A stretch of DNA of 64,000 nt from an uncultured Planctomycetia bacterium (GTDB lineage Bacteria; Omnitrophota; Gorgyraeia; CAYWPX01), in NCBI GenBank assembly GCA_964460615.1, contig CAYWPX010000004.1:19116-83115 (forward strand), in the 5' to 3' direction. Both the position numbers and the translations under genes were made by a program. This document shows, in pieces, positions 26,933-34,778 of this stretch. The notes under the pieces were generated by a model. That model was given only the letters and a program-made list of their open reading frames with translations. It was not told where the DNA came from and searched no databases. Within the stretch, counting starts at the first letter, position 1. Every line of letters begins with the position of its first letter.

Positions 26933-28918
26933 TTAATTTAATTTTTTATTAATTTTCTTATCAATTCTTTTAAGCATTTTTTTTGCGCTCGAGGCAAATT
27001 TAGATTTGGGATAATCTGCCAATAATTTTTCAAATATTTGTTTTGAATTTTGATAATCCTTAAAATTTTTGTAAGTAATTTCTCCTGCCCTATATAACGA
27101 CTCATCCGCTTTAGGGCTATCTGGGAACTGGGTGGCAACCAAAATATAAGTATCAACCGCATCCATCAATCTTGTCCTGTCATCCTTGTATTGGCTTTCA
27201 GCCCCCCTATTAAAGCGCAGGTCCTCTGCTCTCTCAAAATAGATCATTGCGGTATTTCTCTTGCCGGTAGGAACTATATCCACTACGACCTCAGGAGGTT
27301 GCTTTGTATCCGGTGATTTTATCGCATCCTGAGATTTTATTATATGAGGAGTAATAAAGACCGCTAACTCCTGCTGGGAGTCTTTTGTAGACCTGTCAGA
27401 AAATAAATAACCGACAACAGGTATATACCCAAGTACCGGTATCCTGTTTACAGTCTTATTATCTTCACTCTTAATAAGCCCGCCTATTACTATTGTCTCT
27501 CCGTCTACTACTCTTACGGTTACATCGGCTTCACGGGTATTTACTGTCGGGCCTGTTGTAGCATCATTGCTTACTAAACTCGATACCTCGGGATGTATAT
27601 TCATTGTAACAAACCCATCCGAACTAATCCTTGGTAATACCTTAAGCGTCGTACCAACGTCAATAAATTTTGTATTCTCTACCGTACCTGTTGTAGTTGT
27701 GGTCTTCTCCTTATAAGGTACCCTCTGGCCTATTACAATTCTTGCTTCTTTGCCATTCAAAGTTGTTATGGAAGGAGAGGCCAATAAATGCGCTTTCCCG
27801 TCCCGTATAAGCGCGTCGACAGTGGCACTAGCCGTAAAATTTTTGAGAGTAAATGTTGTCAGCTTAAACTGCCCGCCTGTAAGATCGCTGGAAGGCCCTG
27901 CCAATGTAGTAGTACCTGCTACTGTTTCAGGAAACCGCGTAGCTCTGTCAAATAAACCGCGGCCGGGGCTATAATTTGCGCTATAGGTAACGCCGATATT
28001 TGAAAAAGCATCTGCCTGAAGATCCACTATCTTTGCCTCTATTACAACCTGCATAGGAGGGACATCTATCTCCTTTAAGAGCATATTTATTCTTTCGAAT
28101 GTCGCCGGATAATCCGTAACAATAAGGCTGGAGTTTGCTTCATTGGTGCTCATGGAGCCTTTATCGCTCAGTATTTTTGAAAGAAGCTTATAAGCATCGT
28201 CTACCGGAACGAATTTTATACCGATAGATTTAGTTATCATACCCTGCGATTCGGCGCTTGGGCCGGGTGAGATATAAATAATGCTTCCTTTGCGTGTATA
28301 GGCATAACCATTTGTAGATAATATAGCTTCCAAAGCCTCGTCTACAGTAACATCTCTCAAAGAGATGGTGACCTTTCCTTTAATATCTTTTAAGGCGACA
28401 AGATTAAGGCTGTAGGAATATGAGAGCGCCCTAAGAACACTTGAAAGATCGGCATCTTTATAATCAAGGGATATCTTATCATTAGGTCCCAATTTTCCTT
28501 CAATAGGCTTTTCTCCGGAAGCGTCCTCTAACCCGGACAGATCAATAATTGAGCTGGTTTTATCTGAAAAAGTTTTCCCCTCCGAAGGAGTCTCTTTGGC
28601 GCTCTCGCTCGTCGCGGGCACTTCATGGACAGATTCTGTAGGGCTCTCTTCAGTAATAAGAGGCGCGACATCAGCTTCGCCGGATATTTGTTCCGGGGCC
28701 TCCTCAATAGGCTCTGAAACCTTTTTTTCCTCAATGGGTTTTTTCTCCAGATATAAAACCGGTTTAGTATTGTTGACATCCTGGCACAACCCTGTTGCAA
28801 TAAAAATAGACCCCAGAAAAAATATCGACAGAGCCGACCGCAGAAAATACTTGCTCAATAAGATTTTATTCATATTCACCTCGTAAATTAATAAGCTAGT
28901 TAAATGGAACTTCCCCAT
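26933..28918 (-). CDS. pilQ: Secretin PilQ/GspD family with a C-terminal TPR-like extension
   Basis: The secretin C-domain contains GGLIKSEDNKTVNRIPVLGYIPVVGYLFSDRSTKDSQQELAVFITPHIIK, preceded by N0/N1-like domains. It has a signal peptide and is 661 aa. Confidence 0.85.
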   Translation of the reverse strand: MGKFHLTSLLIYEVNMNKILLSKYFLRSALSIFFLGSIFIATGLCQDVNNTKPVLYLEKKPIEEKKVSEPIEEAPEQISGEADVAPLITEESPTESVHEVPATSESAKETPSEGKTFSDKTSSIIDLSGLEDASGEKPIEGKLGPNDKISLDYKDADLSSVLRALSYSYSLNLVALKDIKGKVTISLRDVTVDEALEAILSTNGYAYTRKGSIIYISPGPSAESQGMITKSIGIKFVPVDDAYKLLSKILSDKGSMSTNEANSSLIVTDYPATFERINMLLKEIDVPPMQVVIEAKIVDLQADAFSNIGVTYSANYSPGRGLFDRATRFPETVAGTTTLAGPSSDLTGGQFKLTTFTLKNFTASATVDALIRDGKAHLLASPSITTLNGKEARIVIGQRVPYKEKTTTTTGTVENTKFIDVGTTLKVLPRISSDGFVTMNIHPEVSSLVSNDATTGPTVNTREADVTVRVVDGETIVIGGLIKSEDNKTVNRIPVLGYIPVVGYLFSDRSTKDSQQELAVFITPHIIKSQDAIKSPDTKQPPEVVVDIVPTGKRNTAMIYFERAEDLRFNRGAESQYKDDRTRLMDAVDTYILVATQFPDSPKADESLYRAGEITYKNFKDYQNSKQIFEKLLADYPKSKFASSAKKMLKRIDKKINKKLN

Positions 28919-28981
28919 GTTTAAGCCCGGAATCTCTTCTATTAATAAAATCTCAGAGATGTTAAAATTTCTGAGATTTGA

Positions 28982-29872
28982 TTAATCCTGTTCAATGCTT
29001 ATTACTATCTCTTCTCCTGTTTTATCCTTAAGGATAACGCTTACTTTAGAAATATCCTTAATATACATTTCATCTATTTTGTCGCCTATCTTGTAAACTT
29101 CTCCGTTTATTATAGCGGTCCTTATCCCTCCAAACCAATTTACACCCTGAAGCTTGTATTTTTTCCCGACACTTTCCGAAACCATCTTTTTTTCGGGTTC
29201 CATTTTTGATTTAAAAGGACTTTTTGAAATACTCAAACGCTCCAGGTATGGCACCTTTATCTCCTCGACGAGCTCTGCCGGGCGCTCACTAAGAAAAGTC
29301 CCCAGTATGACCCTGCATTTAATGGCCCCCTGCATCCCGGTCTTTGGAGCCTCGAGCTCCAAAGAAGAGGGTTTAAGGAATTTTGAGATGTTTTCAAGGC
29401 GGTAAAGATAATTTACAAAATTTTCATACGAAGCATTCATTTTCATCTCTATCTCAAGCTTTGAATAAGTGGTCTTATTTTTTGTTGCGGTCGGCCGTAT
29501 GGATACAAAATCAACATTATAAGCATTTCCCTGCTTGATAAGTTCATTCAAAATAGTGGGGATCCTTTCGCGGTTAGTCAATTTATCTTCAACGTCATAC
29601 AACCGCTTCCTGGTCTTATCGTAACTTATCTTAAGCTCGTTTAATTCTATTTTCTCTTTTTCCAGCTGAGGGGCCTCGGATTTAACGCTTGAGAGTTTTG
29701 TTTCGATGGACTTGATTTCGATTTTAAGCTTTTTAAGCTTGATATTCATCGGTTTATAAATAGCATTAAAATAAAAACTGAAAATAAATGCGAATACAAG
29801 CCCCAGGACAAGATACTGCTCCCGCTTTTTAAGCGCATTGAATTTATCTAATAGTTGGCGGTAATTTATCAT
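28982..29872 (-). CDS. PilO-like protein with a C-terminal PilP-like beta-domain (apparent PilO-PilP fusion)
   Basis: The N-terminal TM plus coiled-coil is PilO-like. The C-terminal ~70 aa, KLQGVNWFGGIRTAIINGEVYKIGDKIDEMYIKDISKVSVILKDKTGEEIVISI, matches the PilP/GspC homology-region pattern. Confidence 0.55.
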   Translation of the reverse strand: MINYRQLLDKFNALKKREQYLVLGLVFAFIFSFYFNAIYKPMNIKLKKLKIEIKSIETKLSSVKSEAPQLEKEKIELNELKISYDKTRKRLYDVEDKLTNRERIPTILNELIKQGNAYNVDFVSIRPTATKNKTTYSKLEIEMKMNASYENFVNYLYRLENISKFLKPSSLELEAPKTGMQGAIKCRVILGTFLSERPAELVEEIKVPYLERLSISKSPFKSKMEPEKKMVSESVGKKYKLQGVNWFGGIRTAIINGEVYKIGDKIDEMYIKDISKVSVILKDKTGEEIVISIEQD

Positions 29873-29905
29873 TTCTTTTTTCTTTTTGTACTAATGTTTT
29901 TCTTT

Positions 29906-29960
29906 AGCTATGAGCTATGAGCTATGAGCTATGAGCTATGAGCTATGAGCTATGAGCTAT
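29906..29960. repeat. Microsatellite (AGCTATG)x7.8 in the pilN-pilO intergenic region, overlapping the pilN stop codon
   Basis: Seven perfect tandem copies of AGCTATG plus one partial copy. The same heptamer family occurs at 1961-1990, 12411-12433, 14131-14162, 17491-17526 (inverted) and 25050-25125. Confidence 0.9.
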
Positions 29961-30541
29961 ATTGCCGGATGCGTAATGATCTCAAACTCTATAAACTTTT
30001 CTTTCTTCTCGGATTCCGGCCGTTCCGTATAAGAAAAATTTGTATCATTAAATATCTTTGACTTATCAAGCTCTATCATAAAATTACTTATCGATTCAAA
30101 TTTAGTTGTTTCCCCCTTAATTTTCATAGTCTCAGGATTAAGTATAATATTCTTGACCCAGAGATCCTCCGGGACAAGCTTCACTATCCCTACAAGATAT
30201 TTGCTTAAGGCAAAAGACCCTTCTTCCAGATCCTTGAGGGCTTTTAGTTTATCGTCAAGCCGTGCCTTATCAGCGATCAATTTTTCTTTATCTTTTTTGA
30301 TCATTTCCAGAGTACCTTTTGAGGATTCAAAATCATTTTTAGTTTTGTTGAAATTATTTGTCACTGATACAAGTTTTTTTGAGTAGACTTTAAGCATCGA
30401 AGCCTGATAGATAGTAACAACCACTCCTATTATGATAAATAGCGATACAGCATCCAGAAAAAGCGACTTTTTAAGAAATGGGAGCTTTATATAACTGGAT
30501 GATTTTCTTTCGCTATATAGGAGATTTATTCTTTTCTTCAT
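29957..30541 (-). CDS. pilN: PilN-like pilus assembly protein
   Basis: MKKRINLLYSERK (an INLLP-like motif), a single TM, then a coiled-coil. 194 aa. Confidence 0.65.
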   Translation of the reverse strand: MKKRINLLYSERKSSSYIKLPFLKKSLFLDAVSLFIIIGVVVTIYQASMLKVYSKKLVSVTNNFNKTKNDFESSKGTLEMIKKDKEKLIADKARLDDKLKALKDLEEGSFALSKYLVGIVKLVPEDLWVKNIILNPETMKIKGETTKFESISNFMIELDKSKIFNDTNFSYTERPESEKKEKFIEFEIITHPAI

Positions 30542-30650
30542 CCCGTAAGACTCCTTATATGGTCATAATAGTAAAATAAACTTTTATTGTATTTTTTCAT
30601 ATTTTTAGGACCAGCAAACAACTGATTCATGTTAATAGTCTTACGGAATT

Positions 30651-31880
30651 TCATTCTTCCTCTTGTATCTTTCTGTACGCAAGACCTATGGAGACAGCAA
30701 AATTAGCTGCTAGCTGCTCAATATTAAATTTCTTTTGCAATTCATTATTGATATTAAGACCCTTGACCGGATTTGCCATCTCTACAGGCACGTCGAGCCT
30801 TGATTTAATATATTCGGGAAGCCCTTTAAGATGCGAAGTTCCTCCCGCAAGAATAAGCTTACTTAGATTTGTCACACGTGATTTCATAAGCTGATATGAA
30901 AAATATTTAAACGAATGTTCCACATCATTTGCCAGATTTTCCAAAAGCGGGATGATCGCATTTCTCACAGTGAGCCCTTCCGGCGAACTTCCCTCGATAC
31001 CAAAATTAATTTTAAGACTTTCGGCAGTGTTGGGGTCCACGTTACAATAGCTGGCTATGGATTTTGATATTGAATCACCTGTAACACTCAGGTTTCTGGA
31101 AAAATAAATTTTTTTGTTCAGGCTGATGCTGAAGTTAACAAGGTCAGAACCTATATCAAGAATTCCTATGGGCTCATTATCAACCTGCCCTGAAAGTATC
31201 AACGCCTCATTAAGCGCAAAGGGATCCACCTCAACAGCCAGAACGTTGAAGCCGGATTTCCTGAATACCGATATGTGGTTAGAGATCACTTTTTTGGTAG
31301 CTATCACCAGAAGCACCTCAAGCTCATCCCTATTGCTTTCATGCGCGTCGCTTAGTAACAGCGTATCCAAAGAAAATTCGTCTATCTTTTCGCCGTAAGC
31401 CTGTTTTAATTCCCACAAAACAGCGTCATTTATCTCTTTTAGCGGCATGGTAGGGAGTTTCAGGATCTTGATCTCAACCGCTCCTGCCGGAAGATTGACG
31501 TATATATCTTTTGGCTTTTTGTCCTTAAAAGCGCTTTTGAATAACTTGAGAAGGAATTCATTCCTTTCAGTCTCTGAGGTTTCACGGCTGACACTGGGGA
31601 CCTCGAACATTCCTAGATCAAAAAGCTGGATATTCCCTGATTTATCTTTTGCGAACTGCGCAAATTTAATGAAATTGGATCCTATATCAACCCCGAAAGG
31701 ATAGAATTTTGCTATGTCTTTCTCTCTTAGGCTCTTTGCATTTTCCTCGGCTTTTATGCCGGGGATAACACCCTTGTGCTTCTCAAAAAAAGATGCTATC
31801 TTATCGCGCTTCTCGGTAGTAGCGGCGACTTTTTTGAATATCGACTCTACAATATTTTCTTTAGGATTAGTTTCTGCCAT
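30651..31880 (-). CDS. pilM: PilM-like actin-fold pilus assembly ATPase
   Basis: 409 aa. The GVDIGSNFIKFAQF phosphate-1 motif and the overall sugar-kinase/actin fold pattern are typical of PilM. Confidence 0.75.
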   Translation of the reverse strand: MAETNPKENIVESIFKKVAATTEKRDKIASFFEKHKGVIPGIKAEENAKSLREKDIAKFYPFGVDIGSNFIKFAQFAKDKSGNIQLFDLGMFEVPSVSRETSETERNEFLLKLFKSAFKDKKPKDIYVNLPAGAVEIKILKLPTMPLKEINDAVLWELKQAYGEKIDEFSLDTLLLSDAHESNRDELEVLLVIATKKVISNHISVFRKSGFNVLAVEVDPFALNEALILSGQVDNEPIGILDIGSDLVNFSISLNKKIYFSRNLSVTGDSISKSIASYCNVDPNTAESLKINFGIEGSSPEGLTVRNAIIPLLENLANDVEHSFKYFSYQLMKSRVTNLSKLILAGGTSHLKGLPEYIKSRLDVPVEMANPVKGLNINNELQKKFNIEQLAANFAVSIGLAYRKIQEEE

Positions 31881-31889
31881 AAATTATAT

Positions 31890-32843
31890 TTATACTAATG
31901 CCTCTTGGTTAAGTTGCGTAGACAATTCAACCTGTTTTACTGACTGCGGCTCTAAAATACCTAAAACCTCTTCCGCTAACGCCAAATAGTCGGCCGCCCC
32001 TTTGGAGCGGGGTTCAAAAAAATTAACAGGTTTTCTATATATCGGCGACTCGCAAATTTTTGAATTAGTATGTATAACAGAATTTAACATAAGATTTTTA
32101 AAATATGCCTTCAACTGTTCTAAGATAAGTTTATTGATGCTGAGCCTCGGGTCATAGATCGTAGGAAGAATGCCGAGTATCCTTAATTCAGAATTTAGTT
32201 TTTCTTTTATTATATTTATGGTTGATAAAAATTCCTTTAGGCCTTCGAGTGAATAATAATGCGTCTGAATAGGTATAAGGATATTTCTTGAAGCCGCAAG
32301 CGCATTCACCGTCAAAAGACTGAGTGACGGGGAGCAATCAATTATTATATAATCATAAAGATTTGTTATATTGGATTCGCAAAGGGCGCGTCTGAGCATT
32401 GACTCCTTGGAATCAAACTGCGCAAGTTCCGTAAGCGCGCATGCCAACACCGGAGTAGTAGGCGCGATATTCAGCCCCGGTATCAAAGTCGGCACGATAA
32501 CATCATCAATTTTCAGACTGCTATCTGTAAGAACATTGTAGATAGATTTTGTAACGTTATTTATATCTATGCCCAATCCAAGACTGGCGTGAGCCTGAGG
32601 GTCTAGGTCAATAATTAGAACATTTTTCCCTTTTGCTACCAAAGCGCCGGCAAGATTTATGGTAGTGGTGGTCTTCCCGCAGCCGCCTTTTTGGTTTGCC
32701 ACAGCAATAATATTGCTCGTTTTGACATTTACGGGCCTGATGTATTCAACCTTTGAAAACTTTTTCTTTGGAAATATGGAGATGGGAGTATTTAAAAATT
32801 TTATTGATTCATTCGCCAATTTTACCAAGCTAAATTTTTTCAT
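31890..32843 (-). CDS. ParA/MinD-family P-loop ATPase with a ~45-aa N-terminal extension
   Basis: Deviant Walker A VANQKGGCGKTTTTINLAG, Walker A' IIDLDPQ, Walker B IIIDCSP. It overlaps the response-regulator stop by 4 nt and ends 10 nt before pilM. Confidence 0.8.
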   Translation of the reverse strand: MKKFSLVKLANESIKFLNTPISIFPKKKFSKVEYIRPVNVKTSNIIAVANQKGGCGKTTTTINLAGALVAKGKNVLIIDLDPQAHASLGLGIDINNVTKSIYNVLTDSSLKIDDVIVPTLIPGLNIAPTTPVLACALTELAQFDSKESMLRRALCESNITNLYDYIIIDCSPSLSLLTVNALAASRNILIPIQTHYYSLEGLKEFLSTINIIKEKLNSELRILGILPTIYDPRLSINKLILEQLKAYFKNLMLNSVIHTNSKICESPIYRKPVNFFEPRSKGAADYLALAEEVLGILEPQSVKQVELSTQLNQEALV

Positions 32844-33226
32844 TTTTGGCCACCTATGTATTTTGAAATTAATTCCATCAGGTCTTTTGTGTTAAACGGT
32901 TTTGTCACATATTCATTCACACGAACCTGCTCACCGATCTTTCTGTCACTTTCCTGTGTTTTTGCGGTAAGCATTATTATGGGGATCTCTTTATACTTTG
33001 TATCAAATTTCAAAAGCCTTGCTACCTCATATCCATCGATTTTAGGCAAAAGCACGTCGAGAATAATCAGGTCGGGTTTAAGCGATCTTGCCTTGTCAAG
33101 CCCTTCCTGCCCATTCGTCGCAGTCAGCACTCCATATCCCGATGCTTCAAGCCTCACCTTAAGGGCATCCAATATCGGAACTTCATCATCTACAACTAAA
33201 ATTGTTTTTTTATCGTTATCAGCCAT
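32840..33226 (-). CDS. Single-domain CheY-like response regulator
   Basis: ILVVDDEVPILDALKVRLEASGYGVLTATNGQEGLDKARSLKPDLIILDVLLPKIDGY. Its start overlaps the histidine kinase stop by 1 nt. Confidence 0.85.
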   Translation of the reverse strand: MADNDKKTILVVDDEVPILDALKVRLEASGYGVLTATNGQEGLDKARSLKPDLIILDVLLPKIDGYEVARLLKFDTKYKEIPIIMLTAKTQESDRKIGEQVRVNEYVTKPFNTKDLMELISKYIGGQK

Positions 33227-34581
33227 TATAATACCAGTCCTTTATTCAGATTATTCAATAATTCCACGGGAGTTTTTCCATCCTCCGGAAAACTTGTGAG
33301 GAAGTATTCAAATTCTATTTTTACATTTATATTGTGAGCCTTAAACTCCTCTTTATCAAGCAATTTTTTTATTTTTTGTGCCAGATGATCAGCTTCTCTT
33401 TTTGATCCGGCCATGGCTGATATTAAAATATATCTGCCTCTAAAGCAACCTGTCTTTATAGCAGATTCTCTTATATAATTTGCCGCGGCTTTAACAGCGC
33501 TTTCCATAAGATCGCAGAGCTCTTTACCGGTAAGCGACGGAAGCCTTGATAAGGAACCTTTTGTTATATCAAATACTATCAGGGAAAACGACTTATCATT
33601 TTTGATAAGATCTCTTAGATGCTCTAAAAGAATATCGTCTTCAGAAAATCTGGGGATAGTAAAAGTAAAAGTCGAGCCCTTACCTATAACAGACTCAGCG
33701 GAAATTTTCCCCCCGTGCATCTCAACTATCTCTTTTGAAATAGCCAACCCCAGCCCCATACCGCCTATTAAAGACGGTTCTTTTCTTTTTTCCAGCAGAT
33801 ACATCTTACTAAATATCTTTTCAAGATCGTCCTTGTCAATGCCTCTGCCTGTATCAGTAACGGAAATTTCTACTCTGTTATCAAAATCCCTGAGACAAAC
33901 TGTTATGTTGCTGTAAAAAGGCGTGAACTTAACGGCATTCCCGGTAAGATTGACTATAACCTCCGATATCTTATCGGGATCTATCGATATAGGCGCAACA
34001 TTATCCGGCATTTCGATGGAAAATTTTATGCCTTTTGAGGCATTATTAATTTTAATGACCTCTATCTCGTTTTCAATAAGCTTTTTTATGTCAGCCTCTT
34101 TTCTTTTTAAAGAAATTTTCCTGTTTTCAAGGATCTCGACATTAAGAAGATTGTCGACCAGGCGCGCTAACCTATCTATGGATAGCATAATAGCCTTAGT
34201 ATATCTTTTTTGATTATCCGTCAAAGGCCCCGCTATCTCATCCTGTATAATAGAGGCAAATTCCCTTATACTCACCAAAGGAGTCCTGAATTCATGGGAA
34301 ACCTTGGAAATAATATTTGATTTAAATGCATCCAAGCTTTCGAGTTCGACTTTGATCATCTCACAACTTCTATGCTCCATTATTTCCCTGTACCACAAAA
34401 AAATCACAGAAATAAAAATTGTCCCCAGTATAAATTCCGTAGAGATAAATTCTTTGTTTGGAAAAAATAAAATATTGCAGATCCTTATTAATAAAAGAAG
34501 AATTATAAGAGAAAGAACGAGGATCTTGTATTTTTTGGTTAAAAGTGTTTTGAGTATGTAGCTTCTTTCGGTTTTTATCAT
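33226..34581 (-). CDS. Membrane sensor histidine kinase with a C-terminal degenerate GGDEF-like domain
   Basis: Two N-terminal TM helices. H-box SHEFRTPLVSIREF. HATPase_c with G-boxes DTGRGI and GGMGLGLAI. The ~140-aa tail aligns with GGDEF domains, but the active site reads RGRYI instead of GGDEF. Confidence 0.7.
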   Translation of the reverse strand: MIKTERSYILKTLLTKKYKILVLSLIILLLLIRICNILFFPNKEFISTEFILGTIFISVIFLWYREIMEHRSCEMIKVELESLDAFKSNIISKVSHEFRTPLVSIREFASIIQDEIAGPLTDNQKRYTKAIMLSIDRLARLVDNLLNVEILENRKISLKRKEADIKKLIENEIEVIKINNASKGIKFSIEMPDNVAPISIDPDKISEVIVNLTGNAVKFTPFYSNITVCLRDFDNRVEISVTDTGRGIDKDDLEKIFSKMYLLEKRKEPSLIGGMGLGLAISKEIVEMHGGKISAESVIGKGSTFTFTIPRFSEDDILLEHLRDLIKNDKSFSLIVFDITKGSLSRLPSLTGKELCDLMESAVKAAANYIRESAIKTGCFRGRYILISAMAGSKREADHLAQKIKKLLDKEEFKAHNINVKIEFEYFLTSFPEDGKTPVELLNNLNKGLVL

Positions 34582-34740
34582 TTGATAAATAGGGTTATGG
34601 GTTAAGGGTCATGGGCCAAGGGCTTAACCCTTTCCCCTCACCCCAAAACAGTTTTTAGATGGCCCAGCTGCGCAATAAGTTGCAAAAATCCCTCCTTATA
34701 GATTAAAAACAATCTCTAAGTTCGATATTTTTGCAACGCT

Positions 34741-34771
34741 TGGCTGGGCATTTAATTGCATAAATAAAATT
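34741..34771. promoter_or_regulatory. Perfect 14-bp inverted repeat (ttaattgcataaat-aaa-atttatgcaattaa) immediately downstream of pilB and upstream of the HK-RR-ParA-pilMNOQ genes
   Basis: Read directly from the sequence. A second 10-bp IR, ttgcaaaaat...atttttgcaa, lies at 34680-34738, together with G-rich GGGTTA-like repeats at 34595-34640. Confidence 0.4.
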
Positions 34772-34778
34772 TATGCAA

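Noticed and set aside
29906-29960. Possibility that the tandem heptamers or hairpin repeats are a CRISPR array
   Set aside because: The units are 7 nt with no spacers. The longer palindromes are not regularly spaced identical repeats. No cas genes are present.
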